From Acidobacteriota bacterium (lineage in GTDB: Bacteria; Acidobacteriota; UBA890; WLXD01): 64,000 nt of DNA. Positions 60,405-64,000 of the stretch are shown piece after piece. The stretch is from NCBI GenBank assembly GCA_963666215.2, contig CAXWPL010000004.1, positions 352,001 through 416,000 on the forward strand, given 5' to 3'. Each line of letters begins with the position of its first letter. Within the stretch, counting starts at the first letter, position 1. The translations under genes and the position numbers were made by a program. A model generated the notes under the pieces. It did not search any database, was not told where the DNA came from, and saw nothing but the letters and a program-made list of their open reading frames with translations.

Positions 60405-61184
60405 ATGATCACTCTCTACCATCTGGCGATTTCGCACTACTCCGAGAAAGTGCGCTGGGCGCTCGATATCAAGTTGGTGCCGCACGCGCGCGAGGCGCTG
60501 ATCCCAGGCCTGCACCGGTTGCAGATGCGGCGGGTTGCGGGAGAGAGAACGGCTCCCGCCCTGGTCGATACAGCCACCGACACGCGGCTGGGCGAGTCGT
60601 CGGCGATCCTCCAATGGCTCGACGAGAACTACCCGGTGCCGCTCCTGTACCCGCCGGACGGCGAGGCTCGCACGGATGTGGTCAACAAAGCGGCCTACTG
60701 CGACGAGAACGTTGGCGGCGCGGTCGCCGGTTACTCGTATGCGCACCTGATCGATTTCCCGAAGGCACTGAAGGCACGCTGGACCACCGGCCTCTCGGCG
60801 CGGCAGCGCCCTGTCCTGTCGCTGATGTTCCCGATCGTCCGACCGTTTCTACGCCGCGGGTTCGAACTGACGCCAGAGAACACCGCGCGCCGCGGCAATG
60901 AGATCCACGACGCCTGTGACCAGATCGAGAGGTGGCTGATGGCTTCGGGCACCGGCTACTTGGCTGGTGGGGACTTCACGGCCGCCGACTTGACGGCCGC
61001 GAGCCTCCTAGGACCCTTATTGCGCCCGGAAGGATCGCCGTGGGCGGCAACGGGCCACGCGGCGGTCATAGCCGCGGCGGCCGGCTTCCCTCCGCCCAGC
61101 TACGTCGAGTTTCGCGACGAGCTCATGCGACGCACCGCAGCGCAGTGGGCGCTCGGCATCTGGCGGCGCCACCGCCGCGCGTAG
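60405..61184 (+). CDS. Glutathione S-transferase family protein
   Basis: SHYSEKVRWAL, TAPAL, ESSAI, YLAGGDFTAADL. Confidence 0.9.
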   Translation: MITLYHLAISHYSEKVRWALDIKLVPHAREALIPGLHRLQMRRVAGERTAPALVDTATDTRLGESSAILQWLDENYPVPLLYPPDGEARTDVVNKAAYCDENVGGAVAGYSYAHLIDFPKALKARWTTGLSARQRPVLSLMFPIVRPFLRRGFELTPENTARRGNEIHDACDQIERWLMASGTGYLAGGDFTAADLTAASLLGPLLRPEGSPWAATGHAAVIAAAAGFPPPSYVEFRDELMRRTAAQWALGIWRRHRRA

Positions 61185-61267
61185 CTCGACGGCTTCGACC
61201 AGCTTCGCCCGTTGTACGCGCGACAACATCGGCACGGCGAGACAAGCCGACCTTGCCGGATCGCTAG

Positions 61268-61711
61268 CTAGCGCGGCAGGACGGTCCGAACGGGAAAGCG
61301 CCGGAAGCCACGATCGAAGGTCACGAGCTCGAGGTCGGTGGCCATGGCGTGCGCCGCGAGATAGGCGTCTGTCCAAAGTCCGGGAGTTACCGGCGCGGAC
61401 CCGCGCGCGCGCACGAGGTTCTTGAGGATGTCGTCGAGTTCGGGCGGCTCGGTGAAGAACTCGACTGGCCGTTGCTCGGCCAGCACCGAGTAGTCGTCCC
61501 AAGCCTCTGCGGCCGTCCGAATGGACCGACCCATCACATGGCGATTGCACAGAAGCCGCAGGAACCCCATCTGCGTGAGTCGGCAAAAACCGACGACAGC
61601 CTTGTCGGGCACGACCTCCTGCTCCCACCACGCGACGGCCCGATTGTGATGTGGATGCGGCTCGAGAACGGTGGCGAGCCAGACGTTGACGTCAGCTAGG
61701 ATCCGCCGCAT
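61268..61711 (-). CDS. vapC: VapC PIN-domain toxin
   Basis: ADVNVWLA, GFLRLL, WTDAYLAA, LVTFDRGF. Confidence 0.88.
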   Translation of the reverse strand: MRRILADVNVWLATVLEPHPHHNRAVAWWEQEVVPDKAVVGFCRLTQMGFLRLLCNRHVMGRSIRTAAEAWDDYSVLAEQRPVEFFTEPPELDDILKNLVRARGSAPVTPGLWTDAYLAAHAMATDLELVTFDRGFRRFPVRTVLPR

Positions 61712-62006
61712 GTGCTGCCGCTTGTGTTTCTTCCTTTTCGAGCAGCTCATGGACCCGCGCCGAAGTCAGATCACGAAGCGCACGACCGCCGGGGCCGCGC
61801 ACGATCGGAAAGAAGCAGCCGCCGCCCAGGTCCTGGCGCTCGTCGACGCCATACGCGGGCGCGCGCTCCGCCACCGTCATCAAGCCGCCGTCGAGGGCCG
61901 CGCGGACCGCCTCTGTGACGTAGTCCTTGAGCTTCATACCCCGCAGGGCCGCCTCGGACTTCGCTCGCCGAAGAATTTCTTCCGGAATGTCGATCGTCGT
62001 GCGCAT
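61692..62006 (-). CDS. VapB-like RHH antitoxin
   Basis: MRTTIDIPEEILRRAK..AA......YVTEAVR; overlaps vapC. Confidence 0.82.
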   Translation of the reverse strand: MRTTIDIPEEILRRAKSEAALRGMKLKDYVTEAVRAALDGGLMTVAERAPAYGVDERQDLGGGCFFPIVRGPGGRALRDLTSARVHELLEKEETQAAAHAADPS

Positions 62007-62014
62007 GGACACAT

Positions 62015-62039
62015 TTTGATGCGTTTGATGCTTTGATGC
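62015..62039. promoter_or_regulatory. TTTGATGC x3 direct repeats, probable TA operator
   Basis: Copies at 62015, 62024 and 62032, just upstream of the antitoxin ATG. Confidence 0.65.
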
Positions 62040-62163
62040 AACGACGAATCGTGGGGCCTCGGAGTATGGAGCGCCATCGTCGGGCGTCGTAGCCCGGCGT
62101 GTCGCATCTCGGAGTTCGCCATGGTCGCGCGCTCCCTGCCTCAACCAACTTCGCCCTTTCGCC

Positions 62164-64000
62164 CTATAGAATGCTGGGCTCCGTCGCGTACGACAGGCGC
62201 GCGATGGGTCGCAACTGATCGCGGTCGTGTTCAGAAGCGAGCGCCCGTTTTACAGCCTCCACGAGACCGCCCTCGCGCTGCTCCACTAGCTGCCTGGCTC
62301 GACGGATGTCTTCGTCGAAGGGTCGGTCGGTGAGCGCCGTTTCGATCTGCGCTTCGCGAATCGCCACGTAGGCCGCGCGCGTCCCGGGAGCGAGCTGCGC
62401 GATGCCGGCATCGCGGCACTCAGCCACCGCGCGTTCGAACAAGCGGGCCACAACCTTCGACTGGGCACGAAGACGGAGAACGCGATCGAGTGCAAGCTCG
62501 GCTGCGGTACCCGGCCGGTCTTCGATGAACGGGAACAAGGGCTGAGCGAGCGTGGCGAGGTTGTCGATGAACTTCTCTTTGGCAGCGGCCGCAGGCGTGG
62601 GGCGGCCCTTGGACTCACACTCGCGCACCCACGCGTCCCATGCGTCGGCTGCCCACGCTTCGAGATCCGACGGGCCCACGGCACCGACCAGGGTCCGCCA
62701 ATCAAGAGCCTGGGCGGCAACCATCAACTCGATCGCGATCACAGCCTGGACGTTCTCGAGCACGCTGCGGGCCTTGCGTCAGGCGATCGTTGCCATGGCA
62801 ACGTGGTCCTCGGTGTTGGCCGACGTCGGGATCGAATCGACCGACGCCGGATGCGCAAGGACCTTGTTCTCGGAAACCAGCCCGGCGGCGCAGTACTGCG
62901 CCAGCATGTAGCCCGAGTTCACACCAGCCTCGGGAATCAGATTTCCCGGCAGCCCGCGGTTGTGATTGCGATCGAGTAGGAGCTGCGTCCGGCGCTCCGA
63001 GATGTTGGCAAGCTCGGCGAGCGCGATCGCCAGGTAGTCGGCCGCCAACCCGACCGGCTGGCCGTGGAAATTGCCGGCCGAGAACGACTCCTTCTTGTGG
63101 CCTGCGTAGGCAACCTCGCCGCCACCGTCACGCGTCGGCTGCGTGGGCCAGTTGGCGTCGAATTCGGTGTCCCACTTCCTGCCGTCGCCGGTGACCACTC
63201 CGAGGCCCTCAAAGAAGAAGATTGGGTTGTCGATACCCGCTCGGATCTCCTGGTCGATCACCATGCGCGCGTACGAGATGGTGTCGCGGCTGGCGCCGTG
63301 GACCGCCGGGGCGCAACGGATCGAGTAGGGGTCTTGCACGGCGCCCGCTCGTTCCAGCAGCTTGCTGCCGTCGAGCACGGCGCGAACGTTCGCCGCGCAG
63401 TCGATTTGACCGCGCTGCCGTCGCAGTCGATGCACCTTCTCGTCGAAGGCACGGCCACAGCCGCACATCGCCTCGGCGGTCATGGCCAACGCGATGTCCG
63501 CCGCGCTGGCGAGCGTTTCCGCGTCGTGCACCGCGAGTGCAAGCAACGCCGCCGAGACCGTCGCACCGTTTGTCAGTGCGAGGCCTTCCTTGTAGCTGAG
63601 CGTTAGTAGCTTCGGGCTTGTTTGCGTCCGCCGAATCGGGTCGTCCTCGGCGGCGCGTTCCTTGGCCGCCTCCCACGCCAGGCTCAGGGCCCGCTGGAGA
63701 CACTCGGCGGAAAGCACGACGCGCTCGGGCAACTGGCGTTCGTCGATATCGGGACTGGATTCATCGAGGTGAGTCTCGAAGTCGGGGCCGGCAGCGATGG
63801 TTTCCGGCGTGGTGGCCAAGTAGAAGAATCCCGATCCAAGCAGCACTCCGAACAGATGGACGAGCGGCGCCAGGTCGCCACTCGAGCCCACCGAGCCGCG
63901 CGTGGGAACCAGCGGAACGACGCCGGCGTTGATCATCCGGCAGACGGTGTCGACAAGCTCCCACGAGGCCGCCGAGTGGCCCATCAGGAAGGTACTGAGG
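62164..64000 (-). pseudogene. hutH: Histidine ammonia-lyase / MIO lyase with an in-frame TGA (5' end outside the window)
   Basis: GSVGSSGDLAPL, KEGLALTNG, QDPYSIRC, GNFHGQP, SERR, ENKVLAHPAS, TEDHVAM; TGA at 62779 then the frame continues RKARSVLENV. Confidence 0.82.

Noticed and set aside
61268-62039. VapBC locus as a novel system
   Set aside because: Ordinary type II toxin-antitoxin layout with operator repeats

Overview
GC-rich bacterial chromosomal window. ADOP-type permeases with PadR, a VPS10/BNR hydrolase, membrane Ser/Thr kinases and GT-C glycosyltransferases suggest Acidobacteriota, or possibly Gemmatimonadota (inference). 1-14.7 kb: a surface-glycan cluster with an ABC exporter, GT4s, GT64-like, GT47-like, PLOD-type and DUF616-type glycosyltransferases, a sulfotransferase, a methyltransferase and a GT-C membrane protein. 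14.7-15.5 kb: a scar with a collapsed kinase mini-gene, an attP-like tmRNA 3' fragment flanked by arm repeats, an integrase tail and an IS3 remnant. The rest holds a cupredoxin lipoprotein, an AddAB-like helicase-nuclease pair, an AAA/DUF4143 ATPase with a tandem palindromic operator, a SoxR-controlled SDR + QueA-like operon, a secreted animal-type heme peroxidase, an ATPase-less Zn/Mn uptake trio, a wHTH-membrane protein-UppS unit with a repeated operator, a VapBC pair and an interrupted HutH-like gene. About 20 genes are frameshifted, nonsense-interrupted, truncated or internally collapsed, while several long genes are intact. No CRISPR array, rRNA, complete tRNA or reverse transcriptase was seen. 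I cannot claim a proven new system. The best candidates are the SoxR-SDR-QueA-like unit, the EXT-like sulfated-glycan cluster and the operator-controlled UppS paralog unit. All family calls are by-eye motif recognition, not database results.
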